Origin: Fibrobacter succinogenes subsp. succinogenes S85
GTDB taxonomy: Bacteria > Fibrobacterota > Fibrobacteria > Fibrobacterales > Fibrobacteraceae
DNA: 32,000 bases
Direction of reading: 5' to 3'
Assembly: GCF_000146505.1 (NCBI RefSeq)
Contig: NC_017448.1
Span: 2,310,001 to 2,342,000 of the forward strand
In this document: piece after piece, positions 8,592 through 17,124 of the stretch
How positions within the stretch are numbered: the first letter of the stretch is position 1
How the letters are laid out: the number at the start of each line of letters is the position of its first letter
Made by a program: the position numbers and the translations under genes
Notes under the pieces: generated by a model
The model's database searches: none
What the model was told of the DNA's origin: nothing
The model's input: the letters and a program-made list of their open reading frames with translations, nothing else

Positions 8592-10187
8592 CTACTCGCT
8601 CAATTCAACTTCCACAATGCCGCGGACGGAATTGAAACAGTAGATTTTCTCGGCTGTTTGAAGGTCACTCGGGTACAGGATTTTTTCTTTGGCCTTGCCT
8701 TCGTTCAAAAGCTTTTGTCTTGTGATGCCGTTTAAAAGCCCGCACTCAATAGGCGGCGTGTAGATGATGCCGTCTTTTAGAATGCCGATGTTCGTGAACG
8801 TGCCTTCGGTGATTTCTCCCTTCTCGTTTACGCAGATTTCGTCAAAGACGTCTTTCGGGAACGGCAGTCGGATGCTCGTTTTGTGATACAGGAACGGATT
8901 GGATGAATCTACTTTGTGTACGATTTTGATTCTTGGATTTTGCTTGGGTGCAGGAATCGGTCTTGTTGTGAGTTCAAAGTGACCGTCTTTGAAAAGCTCA
9001 ATCCTGTTCACGACGGACTTGTCGAACTTGATTTTTTCAAGGTCGCTGTTCCAGGTGAAACCGAGTGCGTTTGCGGAATTTCTCAAACGTTCAAGATGCA
9101 ACTCGAAATCGGTGATGCCGGTTTCAATCAGAGAAAAATCGGTATTCAAAAAACTTGCCTTGGTCATTGTTTCATTCCATTCGTCGTCTGCGGTAGAGGC
9201 CCAAGTGATAGCGCCGCCTGCATCGTATCTGTATTCCGATTCGCCTAGCTTTTTCTGCAAGATTCTGATGGGGACGGAGAAAATCATTTCGTCGCCGTGG
9301 ATGTAGCCGATGGCGCCGCAGTAGACTTCTCGCGGGAATGGTTCTGCATTCGCGATGACTTCCATTGTAGAAATTTTTGGCGCACCCGTGATGGAACCGC
9401 ATGGATAAATCGCGTTGATGATGTCGTAAAGCGTTGTGCCGTCTTTCAGTTCCGATGAAATCTCGGAGGTCATTTGGAAAACGGTTTTGTGCTTTTCAAC
9501 TTCAAATAGTTTGTCTGCGCGGACAGTTCCCGGTTTTGAAATTCTCCCGAGATCGTTTCGCAGCAGGTCAACAATCATGACGTTTTCGGTGCGGTTCTTT
9601 AAGTCGTTGTGCAAGAATTCTTGCAACGCATTGTCTTCTTCGGAAGTCTTGCCGCGCTTGAGCGTTCCCTTCATGGGCTTTGTCAAAATCTTGTTGCCGC
9701 GCTTCACAAAAAACAGTTCCGGCGAGAAAGACAAAATTGTCTCGTACTTGTTTTGCAAAAAGGCGTTGTAAGGAGTCTTCTGGTTTTGCAAAAGGAACTG
9801 GTATAAGTCTAAATCACTTGCGTTTGTTCTTAGCGTTGAAGGGTATGTGTAATTGACTTCGTATGTAATTCCGTTCTTGATTTGCTCTTTGATGTAATCA
9901 ATCTTTTGTGAGTATTCTTCTTTTGATATACGTGGCTTTACGATGGTGCCGATTTTGTAGTCTGGGATTTTTTCTTCAAATGGCTGGAACGAGTCAAAAG
10001 CTTCAAAGTAGATCAGGGGTGCTTCACCTGCTATATTCTTGAGATCGTAGCGCATGTAGCCGAGAAGGTAATAGCCTTGGCGTTGCAAAGATTCAATTTT
10101 GTCGAGTGCGGACTGGACCTTTTGCGGGTCGAAAATTTCAATGGTTTCGATAGGATTATTAAATATTTTATTGGTATATATTTGCAT
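8592..10187 (-). CDS. pabB: Aminodeoxychorismate synthase component I fused to an aminodeoxychorismate lyase-like (class IV aminotransferase fold) domain
   Basis: Chorismate-binding motifs are ...MIVDLLRNDLGRI..., PCGSITGAPK and YCGAIGY. The C-terminal approx. 190 aa carry the PabC-like ...EGTFTNIGILKDGIIYTPPIECGLLNGITRQ. The start is set at MQIYTNK (CAT at 10185-10187), because the longer ORF overlaps the divergent gene. Confidence 0.85.
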   Translation of the reverse strand: MQIYTNKIFNNPIETIEIFDPQKVQSALDKIESLQRQGYYLLGYMRYDLKNIAGEAPLIYFEAFDSFQPFEEKIPDYKIGTIVKPRISKEEYSQKIDYIKEQIKNGITYEVNYTYPSTLRTNASDLDLYQFLLQNQKTPYNAFLQNKYETILSFSPELFFVKRGNKILTKPMKGTLKRGKTSEEDNALQEFLHNDLKNRTENVMIVDLLRNDLGRISKPGTVRADKLFEVEKHKTVFQMTSEISSELKDGTTLYDIINAIYPCGSITGAPKISTMEVIANAEPFPREVYCGAIGYIHGDEMIFSVPIRILQKKLGESEYRYDAGGAITWASTADDEWNETMTKASFLNTDFSLIETGITDFELHLERLRNSANALGFTWNSDLEKIKFDKSVVNRIELFKDGHFELTTRPIPAPKQNPRIKIVHKVDSSNPFLYHKTSIRLPFPKDVFDEICVNEKGEITEGTFTNIGILKDGIIYTPPIECGLLNGITRQKLLNEGKAKEKILYPSDLQTAEKIYCFNSVRGIVEVELSE

Positions 10188-10281
10188 AATCACAGAACTC
10201 TTTTTTGCGGCGCAAATATAATTATTATATATTACAGAAGTGGTTCTGTGGGGTATCTGTTTTTTCTTTGAGAGGGTGGTT

Positions 10282-11973
10282 ATGTTATCGCGTATTGCTT
10301 TGATGGCGACATTCTTGTTGGGGCTTGCTTGCGTGCCTGCGTCTTTTGCGGCGGGGCTTGTAAAGCAGAAGATTGACTCCACCGACTACATGATTACTCT
10401 TCCGAATTACGACCGTGGTTTTTATACGCCACAGGTGTTGCATATAAAGCCATCGGGAGGCAAGCCGATTGAAAAGCCGTACAGCAAGCTTTTGCATTTG
10501 CGTGCTGAGATTTCGGAATTCAGTAGCCGTGCGTGGCTAGGGATTGATACGACGGGCGGCAAGAAGGATACGACTTGGGGCAAGAGCCAGGACCTGACTG
10601 AAGACGCATTGAATGTGTTGCAACAGACGTTTGACAATATTCGCGCGAACAAGGGTTTTGTAATTGTGCGTATCTGTTATGACCCGTGGTACAATGGTCG
10701 CAGTAACGTGACCCCGGAACACAAGTGGGTGTTACGCCATGTGGAACAGCTCGCGCCTGTGCTTTCGAAGAATACTGATGTGATCGTCGCGCTTGAAATG
10801 GGCATGCACGGCGCCTATGGCGAAATGCATTCCGACACGAGCATTACTTACGACCGCGTTACCGAAGCGACGAACCTGATGCTCCGCAATACGCCTCCCG
10901 AACTCAAGATTCTCACGCGAACGGGCAACTATTCAGCGAAGGTACTCGGCTTTGATAACTGGGGCGTGGACTTCCATATCGATGGCGAAAAGTTTGCTGA
11001 AATTGCAAAGGCCAAGGGCGATACGATGTACCGCGTGGGAATGTTCAATGACGGCTACTTGGGTACGCAATACGATTACGGCACGTGGGGCGCGGATTGC
11101 AAGACTTCTATCTGCCGTGAAGAAGGTGTTGCCTGGCTTGAAAAGTACGGCATCAACACGCCTTATGGCGGTGAAGCGCTTACGACGGCGAACGGCTACC
11201 AGGTCATCAATACGCCGGAGTTCTTGGCATACGAAGGTTTCCGCACGCACACGAGCTATTTGAATATCCAGTGGAACAACAACCTGATTAATAGCTGGAA
11301 AAAGACGCTGTTCAAGCAGAAAGATTTTGATTATGACCCGGCGCGAGTCGATTCGCTGACAGGTTTCAAGTACATCAATGACCACTTGGGCTACCGCTTT
11401 GTACTGCGTGAATCATGGCTGAGCGATACGGTGGGTTCTGACCATGTGCTCCATGCAAAATTCCGCGTGCAGAACGTGGGCTTTGGCAACCTCACTTGGA
11501 AGGCTCCGGTAAAGCTTGCCGTTTTGGAAGACCTGGAAGGTAGCGATTTGGATATGTGCCCTGACATGGATTATGTGGACCTGCCTGATGTTGATTTTCG
11601 AAACGTCCATAGCCGCACCATTTCAATTGCGGGTGGTGATACTGTGATGACTTTTGACGGTAACAACGAAATTGAGGTTTCCGTTAAACTGGGCAAACTT
11701 CGTTATCGTAATTATCAGGTGTATTTGAAGGTGGGCAACATTGAGTTTGCCAATGATAAGCCTAGTGGAAAGGGTACTTGTGGCCTAGAACAGCCTGCCG
11801 CTTATTTGGGCAAGTTCTATTTTGATGAAAGTGTTCAGTCTATTGCTCCGCGTGTAGTTCGTGGCTCTGTGCAAAAGTCGCAAACGCCTTATGTGGAGCG
11901 GGTTCGCAACAACATGATCATCCGCAATGGCGAGCGTTCTTATAGGTTAAACGGAGCTGGAATAACGCCGTAA
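10282..11973 (+). CDS. Secreted DUF4874/DUF4832-like protein (putative glycoside-hydrolase-like)
   Basis: A GAGAGGGTGG RBS precedes the ATG at 10282. Signal peptide MLSRIALMATFLLGLACVPASFA. The family call comes from remembered motifs (EMGMHGAYGEMH, HLGYRFVL) and has not been searched. Confidence 0.5.
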   Translation: MLSRIALMATFLLGLACVPASFAAGLVKQKIDSTDYMITLPNYDRGFYTPQVLHIKPSGGKPIEKPYSKLLHLRAEISEFSSRAWLGIDTTGGKKDTTWGKSQDLTEDALNVLQQTFDNIRANKGFVIVRICYDPWYNGRSNVTPEHKWVLRHVEQLAPVLSKNTDVIVALEMGMHGAYGEMHSDTSITYDRVTEATNLMLRNTPPELKILTRTGNYSAKVLGFDNWGVDFHIDGEKFAEIAKAKGDTMYRVGMFNDGYLGTQYDYGTWGADCKTSICREEGVAWLEKYGINTPYGGEALTTANGYQVINTPEFLAYEGFRTHTSYLNIQWNNNLINSWKKTLFKQKDFDYDPARVDSLTGFKYINDHLGYRFVLRESWLSDTVGSDHVLHAKFRVQNVGFGNLTWKAPVKLAVLEDLEGSDLDMCPDMDYVDLPDVDFRNVHSRTISIAGGDTVMTFDGNNEIEVSVKLGKLRYRNYQVYLKVGNIEFANDKPSGKGTCGLEQPAAYLGKFYFDESVQSIAPRVVRGSVQKSQTPYVERVRNNMIIRNGERSYRLNGAGITP

Positions 11974-12203
11974 AACGCTAAATAAATTTTGCGTGTTTTA
12001 TGTAACTTTTTGCAAATGAATGAATCCATGCAAATTTTTCAGTATATATTAATCGCATGCAAAACTGGTACTTTATTATTGTTGTTTCTATAATTTTTGT
12101 CTCTGCCTTGTTCGCTTCTGCTGCATCGACTCCGATGTAGTGAAAACAAGAAACGCTACCGATTGTCGCTAACCATTAATGGCTAAAAATATATATTAGG
12201 GGT

Positions 12204-13082
12204 ATGACTTTACGTTCTATCCTCTTTTGTCGTTTTGCGGTGGTGTTGTCTGCGCTTTTGTCTTTGTCGGCGAGCGCGTTTGCAAAAGAAAAAGTCTTTG
12301 AAGAAAAAATCGATTCGCTGTTTTCAAAGCGGATGGAACTCCCAATGGTGAGTTCTAAGCTGGAACGATTGAATGGTAAGTTTGTTCCGGTCTGTGGCAA
12401 CGTGATAGATGAAGTTGATGAGCACACTCTTGACTTGTTGGCGGATGACGATTTGTTTGCGGCGGAGAGCCTTTACAATATCTTGAATGAGCGGATGCTT
12501 TTGAGGAACAAATCTCTTTTGCAAAAGGCTTCGCCAGAAATCCAGCGCAAGTATAAAAGCCTTTCGAGCCGATTTAACTTCATCAATTTGGAACGGATTA
12601 GAATCCACGTTGATTTTTATTATGACCGCGAAAAGCGTAATTGGGTCCGCCCGGTCAGTGATTCTGTAATCACCATGACGATGATTGTCAAGTCGGGGTA
12701 TTTCCTTTATCAGGACGGTGATTCCGTAATTGATATACGCCGCTATGGCTATTACATTCCGGGCTCGAACGTAAAGCGCATTTTCTTTAGCGATGGCTAT
12801 TCCGAGGTTCTGTGGGATAGCCCGGATATGGTGGCGCTAGATTCAATGAGGGTATTGCCGTATAAGCTTGTCGAGAAAATTTCCATTGAAAATGGCGATG
12901 TGCATAACCGACAGAAAATAAAAAAGCTCCTGAAGAGCGGAGATTTTGCGGCGATACCGCATGTCCTTCAGGAGATGGATGAATATTGCGAAGTGAATTC
13001 GTGTACTGAAGCCGCCGATTACAAACGCTACCTGAATATGCTGGCGCTGCTTTATAAGAGCGGCGTACTCCGGCGTTTTTAA
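12204..13082 (+). CDS. Secreted hypothetical protein
   Basis: Signal peptide ...ALLSLSASAFAKE. No recognisable motif. Its end overlaps the convergent rpe stop by 4 nt. Confidence 0.6.
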   Translation: MTLRSILFCRFAVVLSALLSLSASAFAKEKVFEEKIDSLFSKRMELPMVSSKLERLNGKFVPVCGNVIDEVDEHTLDLLADDDLFAAESLYNILNERMLLRNKSLLQKASPEIQRKYKSLSSRFNFINLERIRIHVDFYYDREKRNWVRPVSDSVITMTMIVKSGYFLYQDGDSVIDIRRYGYYIPGSNVKRIFFSDGYSEVLWDSPDMVALDSMRVLPYKLVEKISIENGDVHNRQKIKKLLKSGDFAAIPHVLQEMDEYCEVNSCTEAADYKRYLNMLALLYKSGVLRRF

Positions 13083-13729
13083 CCGTTCACCTTTGCGACA
13101 AATTCACGGCAGACCGCTTCCGGATCGGGCTTGCCGAAGATGGCGCTACCAACGACGAAGATGTTTGCGCCCGCTTCCTTGCAGGCGAGGATGTTGTCGA
13201 GCTTAACGCCGCCGTCAATCTGGATGTTGAGTTCCGGCTTGAGGGCGCGGAGTTCGCGAATCTTGTCGAGGCAGTAAGGAATGAGGCTCTGACCGCCGAA
13301 ACCCGGGTTCACAGACATAATGAGTACCATATCCACGATGTCGAGCACGTACTTGATGCTTTCGAGCGGAGTGGCCGGATTGATGGCGACTGCGGGCTTG
13401 ACGCCGAGTTCTGCAATCTGGTGCAGCAAGCGGTCAAGATGGTTCGTGGTTTCAGCGTGTACGCTGATGATGCTTGCGCCAGCCTTAGCAAATTCGCCCA
13501 CGTAGTTTTCCGGATTTTCGATCATCAAATGGCAATCGAGCGGAAGCTTGGTTCCCTTCTTGACGCAGGCAGAAATGCCCGGGCCAAAGCTGATGTTTGG
13601 AACAAAGTGTCCATCCATGATGTCCAGGTGAACGAGGCCTGCGCCTCCGTTTTCGATGGCTTTGAGACCATTGCCAAGTTCGAGGAAGTTTGCGTTCAAG
13701 ACGCTGGGAGCGATGATTTGTTTAAGCAT
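13079..13729 (-). CDS. rpe: Ribulose-phosphate 3-epimerase
   Basis: IAPSVLNANF, HLDIMDGHFVPNISFGP, MSVNPGFGGQ and DGGV are classical Rpe motifs over the full 216 aa. Confidence 0.95.
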   Translation of the reverse strand: MLKQIIAPSVLNANFLELGNGLKAIENGGAGLVHLDIMDGHFVPNISFGPGISACVKKGTKLPLDCHLMIENPENYVGEFAKAGASIISVHAETTNHLDRLLHQIAELGVKPAVAINPATPLESIKYVLDIVDMVLIMSVNPGFGGQSLIPYCLDKIRELRALKPELNIQIDGGVKLDNILACKEAGANIFVVGSAIFGKPDPEAVCREFVAKVNG

Positions 13730-13798
13730 ATTTCAAATATAGCAAAATAAAATTTTTTTTACTAAATTTAGGACACTAAGAAATAAGAGGAGATTATT

Positions 13799-14260
13799 AT
13801 GTCCAAGAATTCTAAAACTGTGGTTGCAAAACCCGTAAAAAAAGTTGCGACGAAGGCTGCGGCAAAACCCGCTGCAGAAAAGTCCGCCGCAAAAACCGTG
13901 AAGGCTCCTGCCAAGAAGGCCGCTCCGAAGGCTGAAAAGCCGGCTAAGGCTCCTGCTAAGGTTGCAAAGGCTGCAAAAGTTGAAGCCCCGAAAGCTGAAG
14001 TGAAGGTCGCCAAGGCCCCGAAGGCTGCTGCCCCGAAGAAGGTCGCTGTCGAATTCGTTGCCGATTGCCCGCTTGCAACAACCGTCTCTGTTGCTGGTAC
14101 GTTCAACAACTGGACTGTCGATGCCGACATGCTCAAGAAGGACAAGAAGACGGGTCTTTGGGTTGCAAAGATTTCCCTCGTTCCGGGCGACTACGAATAC
14201 AAGTTTGTCTGTGACGGTGTGAACTGGGACGCAGGCGACAACAAGATCAAGCACGTATAA
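13799..14260 (+). CDS. Lys/Ala/Pro-rich (histone-H1-like tail) protein with a C-terminal CBM48 / AMPK-beta glycogen-binding-type domain
   Basis: AAGAGGAG RBS. Residues 1-85 are AKP low complexity. The C-terminus VSVAGTFNNW...LVPGDYEYKFVCDGVNW matches the GSFNNW...EGEHQYKFFVDGQW pattern of AMPK1_CBM. Confidence 0.8.
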   Translation: MSKNSKTVVAKPVKKVATKAAAKPAAEKSAAKTVKAPAKKAAPKAEKPAKAPAKVAKAAKVEAPKAEVKVAKAPKAAAPKKVAVEFVADCPLATTVSVAGTFNNWTVDADMLKKDKKTGLWVAKISLVPGDYEYKFVCDGVNWDAGDNKIKHV

Positions 14261-14288
14261 TTGCTCTGATTGAAAAACTATTGAAAAT

Positions 14289-14318
14289 GCGCCGGGCATA
14301 ACGCTCGGCGTTTTTTTT
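14289..14318 (+). terminator. Rho-independent terminator
   Basis: GCGCCGGG...CTCGGCG hairpin followed by T8. Confidence 0.6.
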
Positions 14319-14366
14319 CATTTTGTGTAAAATAGTAAACTAGTGAAAAACGAAAATATTGTTATA

Positions 14367-14408
<42 letters not shown>

Positions 14409-14428
14409 TTTTCTAAATTTGCCCCCGT

Positions 14429-15688
14429 ATGAAATATTCCATCCCTGATTCAGTGCTTTTGAAAGCGGCCAGTGAATACGGCACCCCGCTTTGGATTTAT
14501 GACCGTGCGACGATTGAACGTGCTGTAAAGGACGTGCAGGTTTTTGACACTGTGCGCTTTGCTCAAAAGGCATGCCCGAACCTCTCTGTGGTTTCGCTCA
14601 TCCGCAAGCTTGGCTGCGTTGTCGACGCCGTCTCCGCTGGTGAAATTGTGCGCGCCCTCAAGGCCGGCTTCAAGGGTGGACAGCAGAAGGGCAAGGTTCC
14701 TGAAATTGTCTATACAGCCGATATCTTCGACCGCGATGCACTCGAACTCGTGAAGAAGTACGATATCGCCGTGAACGTGGGCTCTCCGGACATGATCCAG
14801 CAGCTCGCTGATTTTGGCGTGAAGTCTGAACTCACCATCCGCGTGAATCCGGGCTTTGGCCATGGTCACTCCCGCAAGACGAATACCGGTGGCGATCTTT
14901 CCAAGCACGGCATTTGGCACGAACAGATTAAGGACTGCATCAAGCTCGCCCAGAGCAACGGCATGTGGATTACCGGTTTGCATATGCACATCGGTTCCGG
15001 CACGGATTTTGAACACTTGGCCCAGGTTTGCGATGCCATGGTGGACGCTAGCCGTCACCTCGGTTCTCACCTCCGCACGATTAGCGCTGGTGGTGGCCTC
15101 CCGATTCCGTATCACGAAGAAGAAAAGGGCAACCGCATTGACGTGAAGGCTTACTATGATTTGTGGGACAACGCCCGCAAGCGTATCCAGCAGAGCATTG
15201 GTCATGATGTCCATCTCGAAGTGGAACCGGGCCGTTATCTTGTTGCAGAAAGCGGCTACCTCGTTGCGGAAATCCGCGCTGTGAAGAAGCAGGGAAGTAA
15301 TTTGTTCTACTTGCTCGACGCGGGCTTTACCGATCTCGTTCGCCCGAGCTTCTACGGTAGCTATCATGCTATTTCTGTGGTTGCCCGTGACGGTCGTGAA
15401 CTGAACGAAACTGTTGACGCTGTTGTGGCTGGCCCGCTTTGCGAATCCGGGGACGTGTTCACGCAGGAAGAAGGTGGCTTTGTCGTGACGCGCAAGCTCC
15501 CGAAGGCTCAGGTGGGTGACCTCTTGATTCTCCATGATGCTGGTGCTTACGGTGCCGCCATGAGCAGCAACTACAATAGCCGTCGCTACGCTGCTGAAAC
15601 GATGTACACGAAGGGTGAAATCAAGCTCGTTCGTGAACGCCAGACTTTCGAACAGCTTTTGCAGAACGATCGCATTATCGAACTGTAA
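14429..15688 (+). CDS. lysA: Diaminopimelate decarboxylase
   Basis: YGTPLWIYD, GGGLPIPY, EPGRYLVAESG and CESGD are fold-III PLP decarboxylase / LysA motifs over the full 419 aa. Confidence 0.95.
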   Translation: MKYSIPDSVLLKAASEYGTPLWIYDRATIERAVKDVQVFDTVRFAQKACPNLSVVSLIRKLGCVVDAVSAGEIVRALKAGFKGGQQKGKVPEIVYTADIFDRDALELVKKYDIAVNVGSPDMIQQLADFGVKSELTIRVNPGFGHGHSRKTNTGGDLSKHGIWHEQIKDCIKLAQSNGMWITGLHMHIGSGTDFEHLAQVCDAMVDASRHLGSHLRTISAGGGLPIPYHEEEKGNRIDVKAYYDLWDNARKRIQQSIGHDVHLEVEPGRYLVAESGYLVAEIRAVKKQGSNLFYLLDAGFTDLVRPSFYGSYHAISVVARDGRELNETVDAVVAGPLCESGDVFTQEEGGFVVTRKLPKAQVGDLLILHDAGAYGAAMSSNYNSRRYAAETMYTKGEIKLVRERQTFEQLLQNDRIIEL

Positions 15689-15720
15689 GCGATTGCCGTT
15701 CCTGACGCTTTATATAGCCG

Positions 15721-15751
15721 CCCCGCACACTGTTGCGGGGTTGCTTTTTTT
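15721..15751 (+). terminator. lysA terminator
   Basis: CCCCGCA-cactgt-TGCGGGG followed by TTGCTTTTTTT. Confidence 0.8.
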
Positions 15752-15788
15752 ATAGGCGTTTTATAGTATATTTAAAATGCGATAATTT

Positions 15789-16649
15789 ATGAATATTTGG
15801 CCTAAACTCAACTTGACTTGTGCGAAATTTTCTTTGGTCGTTGAACGTCCAGAGGAGTTTATGTGGTTCCCCGAGGCGGTGCTGCGAGGTGCTTTAGGGT
15901 ATTTTTGGCATGCCGAGGGCCTACGATTTGTTCGTCTATATGATCTTTTCTTTGGTGCTACCGAGCAGGCGGAACTTGAACGAATTGCAACGCCTCCGGT
16001 GGGTGCCTTGCTGAACTGCAATCATTGCGGCGAGAATCGTTTTGAATTGAATGCTATTTTGTTTGGAAAATGCGAAGAGCAAGTCCCTCTTTTGCTTGAA
16101 TCACTCCATATCTTGGGGCATGAGGGTGTCGGCGAAAGGTATGTACGTTTTTTTGTCGATGGACTGCCGAGGTTTAAAACAAATGAAATATGCAATTGCG
16201 TGTGTGATGATCCTGTCGATGGCCGTATTTTGCCGTTGTCGTTTTCCCCTGAACATGGCGTGTGCCTTGATATAGTGCGCCCTATGACGCTTCGCGCCTT
16301 GGGCGGTAAGTTTTTGATGGAATGGGATACGGGGGCGTTCTTCCGTAATTTGGTTCAGCGTCTGAGGCTGCTTTCGCAATTTTATGGAGAGCCGCTCCCT
16401 CCTGATTGGGGTGAAAATGTGCTAGAAGATGTTGCTCAAATCGTTGCTAGTTCTGATACTCGGATAGTACATCGTGCGCGTCGGAGTACGCGACAAAATG
16501 CAAGGCTGGATTACTCGGGATTTACGGGGTCGGTGGTGCTCCGCCGTGTGTCCGCCGACTTGTTTGGGTTGTTGCGCATGGGTCGCCTGGTTGGTGTTGG
16601 AAAAAATACCGTGATGGGTAGCGGGCGCTATTTGGTGTCGCTGCTTTAA
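15789..16649 (+). CDS. Orphan Cas6-like RAMP protein (Cas6 C-terminal / DUF2276-type)
   Basis: The C-terminal glycine-rich loop is LVGVGKNTVMGSGRYLV, a G-h-G-x5-G-x-G pattern. The N-terminal FSLVVERP..FPEAVLRGALGYF resembles a RAMP beta1. A basic RRSTRQNARLDYSGFTG precedes the G-loop. There is no SD before the ATG at 15789, so the start is uncertain. The family call has not been searched. Confidence 0.55.
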   Translation: MNIWPKLNLTCAKFSLVVERPEEFMWFPEAVLRGALGYFWHAEGLRFVRLYDLFFGATEQAELERIATPPVGALLNCNHCGENRFELNAILFGKCEEQVPLLLESLHILGHEGVGERYVRFFVDGLPRFKTNEICNCVCDDPVDGRILPLSFSPEHGVCLDIVRPMTLRALGGKFLMEWDTGAFFRNLVQRLRLLSQFYGEPLPPDWGENVLEDVAQIVASSDTRIVHRARRSTRQNARLDYSGFTGSVVLRRVSADLFGLLRMGRLVGVGKNTVMGSGRYLVSLL

Positions 16650-16668
16650 ATTTGTTCTCTTTTTTTGG

Positions 16669-16699
16669 TTGACGATATCTCCTTGGATAAGGATATAAT
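16669..16699 (+). promoter_or_regulatory. Putative promoter (T-tract, GGTTGACG, 19 nt, TATAAT)
   Basis: ttgacg at 16669-16674 and tataat at 16694-16699. Three other island intergenic regions have the same layout. Confidence 0.45.
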
Positions 16700-16738
16700 T
16701 ATTGGCGATTAAAGAAACTTTTAAACAAGGAGAACAAA

Positions 16739-16882
16739 ATGAATCAGGTTAAAAAAGTGATTGCTTACGTTGCCGCTACAGCTGAAGCCGCCAAGGTCCT
16801 CGTTGATGTGTATGAAAAATACAGGGCCAACGTTAAGGAAATTAAGGATAATTCCTGTTCCGGTCCGACGGTAGACGCCTAA
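16739..16882 (+). CDS. Mini-protein, 47 aa (MNQVKKVIAYVAATAEAAKVLVDVYEKYRANVKEIKDNSCSGPTVDA)
   Basis: A strong AAGGAGAA RBS lies 6 nt upstream. The helix is predicted to be amphipathic. It shares the MNQ(V/L)K start with the next mini-ORF. It is absent from the ORF track because it is under 60 aa. Confidence 0.45.
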   Translation: MNQVKKVIAYVAATAEAAKVLVDVYEKYRANVKEIKDNSCSGPTVDA

Positions 16883-16919
16883 TCCCCCAAAATTCAACCC
16901 CAAAAAAAGGAAATACAAT

Positions 16920-17018
16920 ATGAACCAGCTTAAAGGAATCATCACCATCGTCTCTGCTGTGGTTACTATCGTGAGTACCATTCAAAAAATGACCACGAAA
17001 AGTGCTCCCCGCGTATAG
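16920..17018 (+). CDS. Mini membrane protein, 32 aa (MNQLKGIITIVSAVVTIVSTIQKMTTKSAPRV)
   Basis: AAAGGAAA RBS. One hydrophobic helix is followed by a basic tail. A terminator follows directly. Confidence 0.45.
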   Translation: MNQLKGIITIVSAVVTIVSTIQKMTTKSAPRV

Positions 17019-17039
17019 AGCAAGTTTAACCTTCAACCT

Positions 17040-17062
17040 GCCCGCTTTTTAGCGGGCCTTTT
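17040..17062 (+). terminator. Rho-independent terminator after the mini-protein pair
   Basis: GCCCGC-ttttta-GCGGGC followed by CTTTTGTGCTTTTT. Confidence 0.7.
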
Positions 17063-17124
17063 GTGCTTTTTATATATTTCAAAAAAATCTCGGCGAAAAA
17101 TCGCTATCTGAAAGGAGAAGTTTT

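Noticed and set aside
10188-10382. An N-terminal 65-aa extension of the pabB ORF (track start at 10382).
   Set aside because: It overlaps the divergent gene's signal-peptide region. The extension has no PabB similarity, and the internal MQIYTNK start gives a sensible divergent intergenic region.
12057-12140. A 27-codon ORF (MQNWYFIIVVSIIFVSALFASAASTPM) in the AT-rich spacer before 12204.
   Set aside because: It looks like an isolated signal-peptide-like segment with no RBS. It may be a gene remnant or chance, and there is too little evidence to call a gene.
13733-14299. Minus-strand ORFs (188 aa and 125 aa) opposite the Lys/Ala-rich gene.
   Set aside because: They are antisense translations of a low-complexity GCN/AAG-rich repeat. 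The plus-strand gene has a strong RBS and a recognisable CBM48 domain.
15689-17124. Looked for a CRISPR repeat-spacer array next to the Cas6-like gene, and elsewhere in the window.
   Set aside because: No regularly spaced 25-40-nt direct repeats were found on either strand. The only repeats are the 7-mer array at 14367 and the 354-bp units at the window end, and neither has CRISPR architecture.
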